Positions 1-8,822 of a DNA stretch of 35,625 nucleotides are shown here, piece by piece (positions within the stretch are counted from its first letter, which is position 1; each line of letters opens with the position of its first letter). Source of the DNA: a virus; the IMG/VR virus record IMGVR_UViG_3300005607_000407. The stretch is one strand, 5' to 3'. The position numbers were made by a program, and so were the translations under genes. The notes below the pieces were generated by a model. The model was not told the origin of the DNA, ran no database searches, and was given only the letters and a program-made list of their open reading frames with translations.

Positions 1-369
1 ATGGCACAGGAACAAGTTACCACACAGGCTCGAGTGTCATCAGATAGCCATCAATCTCCAGCTAAAGACAAGCTTGATGATCATATAAACAAGTTGTCGT
101 TTGACCTGGTATATCATGCTGAACAACATACCCTCAAAGGCTATTTCAATACATTTTGCGCAGAGTGTATTTACTGGGCCGCCAAGGTGGCTCAACACCC
201 AGAGGTCTGGCAAGAAGAATATGCAAAAAGTCAGGCCCGCTACCTGCGAGCTATCCAGCCTGAAATCATAAACTATTGCATTGCAAAAATCAACGAAAAC
301 TACAATCTGCCTCTGAAGGCGCGTGAAATGACAGTGCAGGAATACCTGCAGGTGGCCGGTCAGCAATGA
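1..369 (+). CDS. Hypothetical protein (first early gene)
   Basis: 122-aa ORF coupled to the next gene by an ATGA overlap. No recognisable motif. Confidence 0.65.
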   Translation: MAQEQVTTQARVSSDSHQSPAKDKLDDHINKLSFDLVYHAEQHTLKGYFNTFCAECIYWAAKVAQHPEVWQEEYAKSQARYLRAIQPEIINYCIAKINENYNLPLKAREMTVQEYLQVAGQQ

Positions 370-1220
370 CTGACAAGAAGCTGATCGCCTTCCACGGCAA
401 GCAGGCCGTCAAGGACCTATACATCGCTCGTATGAAAGCCCACATGGTCGCAGACGAGCTAATACAGGGAACAGGATGGGCAAAGCGGGGAGCGGGAAAA
501 TATCAAGGTTGTGCAGTCGGATGCACTGTTAACAAATACGACCACTTCGCATACGAGACAGAATTGGGTATGCCCGCTGCAATAGCGCAGATCGAGGATA
601 GCATATTTGAGCATCTAAAATGGGAGCAAGCCAAGCAATGGCCGCTGCGCTTTCTTGAAGTAATTCCAGTCGGTGCAGACCTATCAAGAGTATCAGCGCA
701 ATTTCAATACTGGTTGATGTTAGAGAATCTGAAACATGAAAAGTTTTGGCGAGAACATGACAAGAAAAAAGAATATACAGACAAAGTTGTGGGTGCGATA
801 AAGCAAGTTGCTGAATTGCTGAAGAAATGGGCTGAGACAGGATTGATAGACGAGTCTGCTGCTAGGTCTGCTGAGTCTGCTGCTAGGTCTGCTGCTAGGT
901 CTGCTGCTAGGTCTGCTGCTAGGTCTGCTGCTAGGTCTGCTGCTAGGTCTGCTGAGTCTGCTGCTTGGTCTGCTGCTTGGTCTGCTGCTGAGTCTGCTGC
1001 TAGGTCTGCTGAGTCTGCTGCTAGGTCTGCTGCTTGGTCTGCTGCTGAGTCTGCTGCTAGGTCTGCTGAGTCTGCTGCTTGGTCTGCTGCTTGGTCTGCT
1101 GCTTGGTCTGCTGCTAGGTCTGCTGCTTGGTCTGCTGAAAATGAATTTTACATCAAAATCTCTAACAAACTTTTGGAGCTTTTGTCGCAAGCTCCGGTCA
1201 TGGAGGCGAAGTCTAATTGA
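366..1220 (+). CDS. Phage-type protein with SAA(R/W/E) tandem repeat
   Basis: N-terminus (GCAVGC..YETELG..LEDSIFE..WPLRFL..IPVGADLS) resembles a widespread uncharacterised phage family that carries Ala/Ser/Trp repeats. 95-aa repeat block. Confidence 0.85.
   Translation: MTDKKLIAFHGKQAVKDLYIARMKAHMVADELIQGTGWAKRGAGKYQGCAVGCTVNKYDHFAYETELGMPAAIAQIEDSIFEHLKWEQAKQWPLRFLEVIPVGADLSRVSAQFQYWLMLENLKHEKFWREHDKKKEYTDKVVGAIKQVAELLKKWAETGLIDESAARSAESAARSAARSAARSAARSAARSAARSAESAAWSAAWSAAESAARSAESAARSAAWSAAESAARSAESAAWSAAWSAAWSAARSAAWSAENEFYIKISNKLLELLSQAPVMEAKSN
855..1139 (+). repeat. Coding tandem repeat: 25 units of TCTGCTGCT(AGG/TGG/GAG) or TCTGCTGAR
   Basis: 20 twelve-nt units and 5 nine-nt units with identical codon choice throughout. 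Confidence 0.97.
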
Positions 1221-1708
1221 GTCAGCAATCACGGCCACTCTGCCCACCATTTCAGAAGACTAACGAGAATGGTCGATACTGGGCAAAGACAGACGACCTT
1301 GGAAAACTTCCTGCCGAACTTGTATCTAAACTGGCCGTTTCACTCAATTCGCCAGGCGGTGAGTGGATAGAATTTCAAGGATACTTTTACAGAGCTGAGG
1401 CCAGCAAGGACGGCAAGAGCAAGTTTTTCGTCCAAAAATCGAAAGAAGAGCTAGAGGCAGACAAGAACAGGCAGCAGGGAAGAGGATTTAAGAAATTTGG
1501 TGGAGGTCCCAGACATCCCACGATAGAAGCTTTCGATGTGGCCACCACGGTGCAGGAAGTGAACGCTCTCATCCTGTCAGGCTTCCAGCCAGTCTGGGGT
1601 GAAAATGGCCTGCAGGTAGGAACATTTGCGAAGAAAGTGGCCGCTGATGCACCCGAAGCTGACGTGATAAACGGCCTGTTCATGGTAAAGCCTAAAAAAT
1701 CAGATTAG
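1217..1708 (+). CDS. Hypothetical protein (TTG start)
   Basis: 163-aa ORF, TTGA overlap with the upstream stop. Confidence 0.7.
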   Translation: MSQQSRPLCPPFQKTNENGRYWAKTDDLGKLPAELVSKLAVSLNSPGGEWIEFQGYFYRAEASKDGKSKFFVQKSKEELEADKNRQQGRGFKKFGGGPRHPTIEAFDVATTVQEVNALILSGFQPVWGENGLQVGTFAKKVAADAPEADVINGLFMVKPKKSD

Positions 1709-2032
1709 GTGATTTTCATGCAATCGAAATCAGAGGAAGAAGTATTCTCCGAGTCTAACATAGTGAAAAAACTGGCTGAAATCGATCTGAGATTGAATAC
1801 GATAAGAGCGGTGGCCGCTGAATCGCAGAACAGGCAGGAGCTGGCCGTTCTGGATGCGGCCACTTTTGCAATCGATATCGCTAGGGCGCATTTCTACAAG
1901 CTGGAAAGGGAGCAGCTAAAAAAAGACCTACTCTGGCTTCACGATTTTCTAACCGACCCTAATCAGCTAGAAAACCTGGGTGGTCTAATAGCCGCTAAAA
2001 GATTGTTTCATGACATTGTAAAGGTGTTATGA
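1709..2032 (+). CDS. Hypothetical helical protein
   Basis: 107-aa ORF abutting both neighbours. GTG start at 1709 or ATG at 1718. Confidence 0.7.
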   Translation: MIFMQSKSEEEVFSESNIVKKLAEIDLRLNTIRAVAAESQNRQELAVLDAATFAIDIARAHFYKLEREQLKKDLLWLHDFLTDPNQLENLGGLIAAKRLFHDIVKVL

Positions 2033-2965
2033 ATGGTTGAAAAGAAGAAATTCGATTCGCTGGAGATACTGCTCGACAAGGCGGCTCTTGTCATCAAAAA
2101 GGCTCCCACTCCGCAGGCTGCAATTGATGTGTTGCAGGAGCTAGCGGCAGATCTGGAAACAGAGAAGCTGGTGGCGACAGAGGATATCTGTTCATTCCTC
2201 ATCTCCAAACTCGCTGAAAAAACCGGCAAGAACGAGAGGTGGTTTAGGAAATATCTCGATGCAAAGTACAAACACTCTCAACAGCAAGAGAAGAAGAAGA
2301 AAGAGAAAGATTCTGAACTGAAAAAGCGGGCAGAAGTGGCCGAAAATGAAATCTGCAAAAGAGAGGTCTGCGGCCACAACCGAGCTAGTCATGGTGATGG
2401 CGGCCGCTGTCATGAGAAGAAATGTCGCTGTACGCTATTTCTCTCCGAGCTGGATAGGACCATAGTAATTGATGATGGCCGGCCACTTTTGCAACAACTC
2501 CTGTATGGCAAGGAACTGCCAGAGGACGATCCGCATCGTCCAGTTCAGCTGGCGCTAAAACAGTATAGAAAAGATGCAGAACATTACGACAAGCTGGCAA
2601 ACGACTGGAAGCTTGCAAGAGACAATGCTCTCGACAGGATAGAAGAGCAGAAAAAAGAAATTGCTAGGCTAGAAGAGGAGCTAGCGACAAGGGCATCAAA
2701 AGAGGATTCTGAGAAAATCGACCTCTTGAAGTGCCAGATTGAAGAGTACAAAGCAGAAGTGGCCGATCTGAAGGACCAGCTGGCAAAAGCTCAGTTCACC
2801 ACAGCGGATAAAATCCTCGACTTTTGGATCTTTGTCCCTCGCAAAAAAGTAGGTGAAATAGCGGCCACTATCGACAAGATGAACTGGGACAAGAAGCAAT
2901 CAGGCTTTTCGATTAGAACAGATGGCAAGTTTGCAACAGGATTCAAGGTTGGAGAGCCAACATGA
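2033..2965 (+). CDS. Coiled-coil protein with Cys/His metal-binding cluster and possible N-terminal HTH
   Basis: CKREVCGHNRASHGDGGRCHEKKCRC motif and long charged heptad regions. Confidence 0.75.
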   Translation: MVEKKKFDSLEILLDKAALVIKKAPTPQAAIDVLQELAADLETEKLVATEDICSFLISKLAEKTGKNERWFRKYLDAKYKHSQQQEKKKKEKDSELKKRAEVAENEICKREVCGHNRASHGDGGRCHEKKCRCTLFLSELDRTIVIDDGRPLLQQLLYGKELPEDDPHRPVQLALKQYRKDAEHYDKLANDWKLARDNALDRIEEQKKEIARLEEELATRASKEDSEKIDLLKCQIEEYKAEVADLKDQLAKAQFTTADKILDFWIFVPRKKVGEIAATIDKMNWDKKQSGFSIRTDGKFATGFKVGEPT

Positions 2966-3459
2966 CCGTTTTTTACGGCGAAAAAATCGAAGTGGTGGCC
3001 GTCAATCTCGAAACACAAACGGCCACTTGCAAAATATCGATGGTGGAGATAGACGGCAGGGATATGGATACTCAAGCTGCTATGAGCATGTTAGGTCCAG
3101 AAGAGCAGAAGAAATTGCAGAAAGAGCTTGCCAGGCGCAAGGCCAAAATCGAGAAATACAATCCCTCCATGTCTCCGAGCAAAAACAATAGCAAATTCGG
3201 CGGATACGGCGGTTCGAGAGAACGGGAATTACCGCTCTCGAAGCTGCTGAGTGGCCGTGAAAAGGCCGAGCTGCGCAACATCATGCGCAGGGTCAGGAAA
3301 GGACACACAGCCGAACTCATGCGCTACTACGGCACAACAAGCCTGAATGAAATACTCGAAAAATTCTACTCAAGTCTAAAGAAAAATCCTCGCATCAGGA
3401 GAGTGGTGGGGATTGATAGCACGGGATGCCTGTGCATGGAGCTACGGACGATAAAATGA
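2962..3459 (+). CDS. Hypothetical basic protein
   Basis: 165-aa ORF with ATGA coupling at both ends. Confidence 0.7.
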   Translation: MTVFYGEKIEVVAVNLETQTATCKISMVEIDGRDMDTQAAMSMLGPEEQKKLQKELARRKAKIEKYNPSMSPSKNNSKFGGYGGSRERELPLSKLLSGREKAELRNIMRRVRKGHTAELMRYYGTTSLNEILEKFYSSLKKNPRIRRVVGIDSTGCLCMELRTIK

Positions 3460-3668
3460 GTGGAGTGGCTGAACCAGCAGAGATGGTCAAGTTCAAACCG
3501 ATTTCGGAGATAGAAGAGCAACGCAAGCAGCTCGAATCAATCAGAACTGATGTGGAGAAAAAATTGATGGAGCTTGACCATATTGCCAAGCAAATGAGAG
3601 AGCAAGAACAGAACATCAAGTATGCTTCAGACATCATTAATGAAAAGCTGGGCGACATTCTGGAATGA
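3456..3668 (+). CDS. Small coiled-coil protein
   Basis: ATGA overlap at 3456 preferred over the track start at 3426. Heptad-rich. Confidence 0.7.
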   Translation: MSGVAEPAEMVKFKPISEIEEQRKQLESIRTDVEKKLMELDHIAKQMREQEQNIKYASDIINEKLGDILE

Positions 3669-4078
3669 CTGAAGGCGAACGACACTCCAAAGCTGTTGCA
3701 AGAGTCAAAACAATGTTGATACTCGAAAACTACCACATCTACGAAAATGACTATTCGAGAGGCTGGGGTGGCTACAAATTTCCGACAATAATGACAGACA
3801 AAGGTCCAAAAGGATGGACGGCCGACATTTTCGTTCAATCGAAAAGTGGCCGTTGCTTTGTTGTAGAGATAGACGGCCACCTGGCAGGCCAGGGCCACTT
3901 TAGCAAACACAACCAGATTGACGACGATTTCAGAGACGAAACATTGCAAAAATTCGGCGTAGCGACAGTCAGGCTCGACGTGGATTGGCTAGTGGGCAAA
4001 GAGGCGCAAAGTGACGAGCAAATCATGCGAGAGATAAGGCATTGGCTCGACAAGAAATTCCAAATTTGTCTAAACTAG
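3665..4078 (+). CDS. DUF559 / Vsr-like (very-short-patch-repair fold) endonuclease
   Basis: WTADIF..FVVEIDG..H..D..RDETLQKFGVATVRL matches the DUF559 pattern (ADF..VIEVDG..H..D..RD..L...G..V.R). Confidence 0.85.
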   Translation: MTEGERHSKAVARVKTMLILENYHIYENDYSRGWGGYKFPTIMTDKGPKGWTADIFVQSKSGRCFVVEIDGHLAGQGHFSKHNQIDDDFRDETLQKFGVATVRLDVDWLVGKEAQSDEQIMREIRHWLDKKFQICLN

Positions 4079-4083
4079 TATCC

Positions 4084-4284
4084 ATGGCAAAGGCGGTTGG
4101 ATGCAATGGCATCTGTCTGCAATACAAAACCAGTTACAAGTGGATTGAAGATGATCACTGCTATTGCGGACACTGCGCAGTACATATGGTTATACCACGT
4201 TTACAACTTCGCTGCCACTGCTGTAATCGCAAATTGCACAGACGGTCGCACAGATCCTCGCACAGACAAATCAAAAGGATTTAG
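4084..4284 (+). CDS. Small Cys-rich Zn-binding protein
   Basis: CNGIC..CYCGHC..CHCC followed by a basic tail. Start uncertain (TTG 4066 or ATG 4084). Confidence 0.7.
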   Translation: MAKAVGCNGICLQYKTSYKWIEDDHCYCGHCAVHMVIPRLQLRCHCCNRKLHRRSHRSSHRQIKRI

Positions 4285-4293
4285 CTAGCTAGT

Positions 4294-5094
4294 TTGAGCC
4301 TCGAAGGTTACTCTGAAGAATTTCTCAAGCAGATGCAGGCCGACTACCAGCTCTACACGAGGGAAGAGCCTGCAGAGTTCAGATCGGCCACCACTTTGGG
4401 TAAACAACTCTACAAGGCAGAAGATGTCAAGAAGGTGGCCGATGAAGTGATTCAAAAACTCGGCCACTTTGTCTACCAGTGGGAGCTATGCGGCGGTGTC
4501 AGAAGAGGCAATCCGATGGTGCATGACGGCGACTTAGTAGTCTGGCTGAGGTATGATCCAGAACCGGATACGATGATGTCATTCAAGCACAAGCTGGTGG
4601 AGATATTGAAGGACCAGGTGCAGGAGGGCAGCATTCGCTTCATGGATGAAGAGTTGAAAAAGTCAGAAGAGGAGACAGAAGATGATGGCGGTAAAAAGAA
4701 AAAGAGAAAAGCTCGCAAGAGTAAGAATGTGGCCAAGCCTAAAGAGCGGAAAATCTACAAGTTCTGGTACAATTCGATACCGCTTGAAATCAACATTGCC
4801 AAGACGGAGCAGCAGTTTGAAGTCTTGAAATTCATCAGGACGGGAACTGCCGACTTTCACCGCAATCTTCTGATTGAATCACAAAATCAAGGAATGACAA
4901 TTCGCTTCTCACATGACGATGAACTTGACATGGACCTCTATGGTCTCTACGGAGCTGTCCGCTCTTTTGCAGCTGACAAGAAAGGCAGGAGGAAATCAGT
5001 GTGGATTGTCAACCCTGCAAGGTTGGAGGCGTGGCGAGAGCGAGACATCATCGAAAAAGTGTTAGGCGAATATGTCGAGCCTGCCGACAGGTAG
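4294..5094 (+). CDS. polX: Minimal family X DNA polymerase (palm + thumb only)
   Basis: CGGVRRG..HDGDLVV corresponds to GS.RRG..GD.D, IRTGTADFHR to YFTGS..FNR, and ERDIIEKVLGEYVEPADR to E.DIF..LG..YI.PE.R. Confidence 0.88.
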   Translation: MSLEGYSEEFLKQMQADYQLYTREEPAEFRSATTLGKQLYKAEDVKKVADEVIQKLGHFVYQWELCGGVRRGNPMVHDGDLVVWLRYDPEPDTMMSFKHKLVEILKDQVQEGSIRFMDEELKKSEEETEDDGGKKKKRKARKSKNVAKPKERKIYKFWYNSIPLEINIAKTEQQFEVLKFIRTGTADFHRNLLIESQNQGMTIRFSHDDELDMDLYGLYGAVRSFAADKKGRRKSVWIVNPARLEAWRERDIIEKVLGEYVEPADR

Positions 5095-5102
5095 ACTTAT
5101 TT

Positions 5103-5321
5103 TTGAACAACAAAACTAAATGTAAATACTGCCGTCTATGCGGCGGCGAATTTGAGGGAGAAAAGAGAATGGAACATCTGATAGAAAAGCATGGCATGCC
5201 TGCACCGGCGAGTAGGATGATGAAACAATACAGGATATCAAGGTTGTTTTCAAAAAATCCGGTAGACTGGAGCAACCAAATTGAATTCTACATCGGTGGC
5301 AAAAAGTGGGTCGAGAGGTAA
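5103..5321 (+). CDS. C2H2-type zinc-finger protein
   Basis: CRLC..MEHLIEKHG. TTG start at 5103 chosen because the track start at 5001 overlaps PolX. Confidence 0.7.
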   Translation: MNNKTKCKYCRLCGGEFEGEKRMEHLIEKHGMPAPASRMMKQYRISRLFSKNPVDWSNQIEFYIGGKKWVER

Positions 5322-5352
5322 AGATGATGTCTATACCTAGCACTATACCAAG

Positions 5353-5580
5353 TTGACTCTGTATCCGGAGAGGTGTTACAAATGCGGTGCAACAGTATAT
5401 GTCACTCACATCTATCCAGATGAGGACGAGCGCAAGCAAACTGGGATCCAGGTTGATGTGGTCTCTGAAGATTCCACAAAATTTCTTGGCTATGTTTGCT
5501 TTGTATGTGCAGATAAGATACCAAACAGCAGCCTTGGCTATCCACCATGGACTTTGCAAATCTATCCGGAGAAAAAATAA
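5353..5580 (+). CDS. Zn-ribbon protein
   Basis: CYKC...CFVC, TTG start. Confidence 0.7.
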   Translation: MTLYPERCYKCGATVYVTHIYPDEDERKQTGIQVDVVSEDSTKFLGYVCFVCADKIPNSSLGYPPWTLQIYPEKK

Positions 5581-5586
5581 TACAGT

Positions 5587-5742
5587 TTGAATAGCGAGTC
5601 TTGGACTAGAGACAAAGGTTACTCTCAATACAACGTTCTAAGAAGCAAGAGAAGGTGTGTTGTGTGTGGCAAAGAGTTTGCTTCACTGCCAGCTATATTT
5701 CAACATAGGAAGAAATTTGACCATTATGGCAAGAGATACTAG
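5587..5742 (+). CDS. Small C2H2 zinc-finger protein (51 aa, below the ORF-track cutoff)
   Basis: Own translation: MNSESWTRDKGYSQYNVLRSKRRCVVCGKEFASLPAIFQHRKKFDHYGKRY. It fills the gap exactly. Confidence 0.7.
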   Translation: MNSESWTRDKGYSQYNVLRSKRRCVVCGKEFASLPAIFQHRKKFDHYGKRY

Positions 5743-5748
5743 ATAGAT

Positions 5749-6168
5749 TTGGCAAAGCCAGCTAAAGACACAACAAGCATAACCGCCAGGATAGACACGG
5801 CCACTCTGAAAGAGCTGGACGGAGTGGTGGCCGCCCGCACAAAGGAAAGACCAGGCCAAACCTACACGCGCACAGATGCACTGGCTGAAATCCTGCCTCT
5901 TGGCCTCAAGGCTCTGCAAAATCCCAAGGCTCTTGAAGTGGGAATCATAGTTATAAAACATATCGACAAGATAGAGGATCCATTGCTGGTGGCCGAGCTG
6001 AAAGAGCAGTTGAGAGAAAGGCAGATAGTCGATTATGTCGCAAGTCTGACACATGATCAGCTTGACGCTTTAGCCACTATCGTGTTTGACGAGATGCGGC
6101 TGAGAGCAGACAAGCCGCCTCTATCGATGCTGCCGCCTTCTGAGAAACGAGCGCTCATTTTAAAGTAA
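5749..6168 (+). CDS. Ribbon-helix-helix DNA-binding protein
   Basis: TSITARIDTATLKELDGVVA..TRTDALAEIL has the RHH strand-helix-helix pattern. Confidence 0.7.
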   Translation: MAKPAKDTTSITARIDTATLKELDGVVAARTKERPGQTYTRTDALAEILPLGLKALQNPKALEVGIIVIKHIDKIEDPLLVAELKEQLRERQIVDYVASLTHDQLDALATIVFDEMRLRADKPPLSMLPPSEKRALILK

Positions 6169-6190
6169 ACCGCCAAAATCAAGAGCAGAG

Positions 6191-8221
6191 ATGTCAAAAC
6201 AGGAGGCCACTATCGCTGGATGGAAAGACGAATGCGAATACTGGATTGACAACTTTATCGAAGGTGGCCGTCTTGTGTATTTTGAGCAGATGACACAGCT
6301 ACAAACCCTGCAACATCCCGTTTTCAAGGTCAAGCACTATCATCTATCGCCACAGCTGACCACTCTTCTACTGAATGAAGCGGCCACTTTCTTTGAAGCG
6401 ATGAAAGCGGCCATCATCGGCCACTTTGAAACAAAAGGAGAGGTCGAGTTTGTCAATCTTCTGAAGCGCCAGCTAGAGATAGAAGTCTATGAGCTGCCGC
6501 CAGTCAAGCGCCTTGACCGCACAATGCTTGACAAGTTCGTAGCGCTAGGCCCCTGCCAGGTCCACGCTATCGAGTCTCTTCAGCATATCAAGACCAGGCT
6601 AGTTTATCGCTGCTGGCATTGTGGCGAGCTGTCAAGGACAAAATCAAAGTGCGAGCATTGCGAGGAAAAAGACCTTGAAGAAGAAGTGGCCGCCGACAAC
6701 CTGCAAGACCAGCGCTACATCGAGGTCATAGTTTTAGATCAGAATGGAATGGCCACCGACAAATCACTGAAATACTGGCTGGATATTAGGGGCCAGAAGG
6801 CGTTCGAAACGCCGGATTTTGGCGAGACATGGATAGTGTCAGGATTTGTCAGATTATCAAAGAATGAAGATAAGCAGCCAGTCGGCTCTGTGCAGACATT
6901 CTTTCTCTATCTCGAAATTAACAGCATCCAGAAGGTGGCCACGGCCACCAAGGAGAAAGTGGCCGTTACGCCCGAGCTGGTGGCCGTCCGCAAAAAATGG
7001 GTGGCCGACTTGCAGAGGCAGGGAAAAGACGTAGAAGCCGAGCTGGTGTCAAAGCTGGCTCCCTCTATCGTGGGAGAAGACTTGTTGAAACTATCACTAC
7101 TCAGGCAGGCAGTAAGTGGCGCTGTCGAAAACGTGGGAGAGCGGACAGATATCCACATCCTTGTGCTGCGCAACCCTGGCCGAGCTAAAACGGATCTGGC
7201 TATGTACATGTCAGGCCTCACAAGTGGTGGCTATGTCGATTCAGCTGGAGCCTCTGCAGTGGGGTTGGTGGTGGGGCTAGAACCAGACGAGCGAACAAAA
7301 AAGAAAGTGGCCAAAGCTGGGGCCGCCGTATTGTTCAACGGCCACCCAATCTATCTTGATGAGGTGGACAAAATCAAGCGTGAATACCTATCGCAACTCA
7401 ATACACCTCTCGATAAGGGATTCTACCAGGAGACCAAGATATTGAACAAAAGATTTGAAACGGCCAGCCCGTGGGCGGTATTTGGTAATTTCAAGGCTAA
7501 AAAATATGATTCGAAACAGAGTTTAGCCTGGAACATCAATCTGCCGGAGGATTTTCTTGACAGGATAGATCTGTACCATATAGATCCAAGCTCAGCATAT
7601 AATGAAGAGCTGGAAAATGCCATAATGGATGCACAGAGCGACCGCTTTGAAAAAGGGACGGAAAAAATAGTTATCGATCCAGAGCTGAGAGAGCATATCG
7701 CTTGCGCTCGCTCCATCAAGGAAATCAAGTTCGAGTCAGGAGTGAGGGAAGTTTTCAAGTCATTTCAGAAAGATATGAAAAAGCTGGAGCAGGCGTTGGA
7801 TTCCGGCATCAAATTTTCAAACAGGCAATTCAACGGCTTGTGGCGTCAAGCTATCGCTCGTGCAGTATTGCATCTGAGAGATACAGTAACAAAGGATGAT
7901 GCAGAGCAGGCTATCAAGCATGTCACTACAATCATCGCAAAAGTTGGCATAGATCCGAGGACTGGTGAAATTGATTTAGGCGTGCTGACAGGGACGCAGA
8001 AAAGCAAGATGGAGCTACTAAAGGCGTTCAAGCAAATCTTTCTCTTTCTCTGTGCAGGCGACAGATTTGCAGACATTTCACGAGAAAAACTGATAGACCA
8101 GCTGCAAAAGCAGGGTTGGATAAAAAATGTCTACGAAGCTTCAGAGCTGATAGATGATGCAAAAAAACAAAGGATGATAATGGAAACCAGCAAGGATAAT
8201 TTCCGATGGATTAAAGGCTGA
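6191..8221 (+). CDS. mcm: MCM replicative helicase
   Basis: Zn finger CWHC..CEHC, LAPSIVG, Walker A variant RNPGRAKT, Walker B IYLDEVDK, Arg finger FLDRID, sensor-2 SNRQ..LWR, C-terminal winged helix. Confidence 0.96.
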   Translation: MSKQEATIAGWKDECEYWIDNFIEGGRLVYFEQMTQLQTLQHPVFKVKHYHLSPQLTTLLLNEAATFFEAMKAAIIGHFETKGEVEFVNLLKRQLEIEVYELPPVKRLDRTMLDKFVALGPCQVHAIESLQHIKTRLVYRCWHCGELSRTKSKCEHCEEKDLEEEVAADNLQDQRYIEVIVLDQNGMATDKSLKYWLDIRGQKAFETPDFGETWIVSGFVRLSKNEDKQPVGSVQTFFLYLEINSIQKVATATKEKVAVTPELVAVRKKWVADLQRQGKDVEAELVSKLAPSIVGEDLLKLSLLRQAVSGAVENVGERTDIHILVLRNPGRAKTDLAMYMSGLTSGGYVDSAGASAVGLVVGLEPDERTKKKVAKAGAAVLFNGHPIYLDEVDKIKREYLSQLNTPLDKGFYQETKILNKRFETASPWAVFGNFKAKKYDSKQSLAWNINLPEDFLDRIDLYHIDPSSAYNEELENAIMDAQSDRFEKGTEKIVIDPELREHIACARSIKEIKFESGVREVFKSFQKDMKKLEQALDSGIKFSNRQFNGLWRQAIARAVLHLRDTVTKDDAEQAIKHVTTIIAKVGIDPRTGEIDLGVLTGTQKSKMELLKAFKQIFLFLCAGDRFADISREKLIDQLQKQGWIKNVYEASELIDDAKKQRMIMETSKDNFRWIKG

Positions 8222-8606
8222 GTGGCCACCGAACAAGTCCAGCAAGAAAAGCAGAAGGGGCCACGATCCTACTACGGCCGCTGGATAGCCAATCAGCGAG
8301 CTTCTGAAATTCAGAAATGGGGGGGGGCGCTGCCAGGTATGTGGCAACTCAACCTATGACGAGCTAGAATTTGCCCACGTCAAGAAAACTGACCTTTCAG
8401 GAAGAAGCAGCCGTGGCTCTTTCGCTAGGCTCAAGGATGTCAGGAACAATCCAGACTGCTACAGATTGATGTGTGAAACCTGCCATAATGGATTTGACAA
8501 CGAAACAAACCCCGAGATTCAAAAAATCTACAAGGAAATCTTGAAGGTGGCCGAAATTCCCAATCCTCCTACTCCTACACCTGCACCAACGGCCACTTCC
8601 GCCTAG
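8222..8606 (+). pseudogene. HNH endonuclease interrupted by a +1 frameshift in a G9 run (8319-8327)
   Basis: With G8 the frame is open for 127 aa: WGGRCQVCG..LEFAH..N..LMCETCHNGFD (HNH/Zn-finger pattern). It fills the gap between the MCM stop and the next start exactly. Confidence 0.85.
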
Positions 8607-8810
8607 GTGGCCGAGAAAATCTGCATGTGTTGTCAGAGGATTATAAAAAATGGTGAGAATGTCGGCATTTGTAACGACTGTCTTGCTCAGCTGAGAGATG
8701 TGTTTGGAGTCAAGATAAAGCGAAAAGAAGTTTGGTATCGATTATCAGAAAATCCGATTAGATGGATCAAATGCGAATGGAATTTTCAGGGCAGAAAGAA
8801 AGGTTGCTAA
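8607..8810 (+). CDS. Small Zn-finger protein
   Basis: CMCC...CNDC, GTG start directly after the previous stop. Confidence 0.65.
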   Translation: MAEKICMCCQRIIKNGENVGICNDCLAQLRDVFGVKIKRKEVWYRLSENPIRWIKCEWNFQGRKKGC

Positions 8811-8822
8811 CAGAAGACTGAA

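Noticed and set aside
855-1139. Repeat array as CRISPR or DGR template
   Set aside because: No unique spacers, units are 9-12 nt and in frame, and there is no cas or reverse transcriptase gene or TR/VR pair.
720-1250. Minus-strand ORF with RPSS repeats
   Set aside because: Shadow of the SAA repeat. The repeat lacks stops on the reverse strand by composition, and there is no promoter or start context.
6191-8221. Genome-wide AGG-to-Ser recoding
   Set aside because: The catalytic MCM arginine finger (7562-7564) and sensor-2 arginine (7823-7825) are encoded by AGG.
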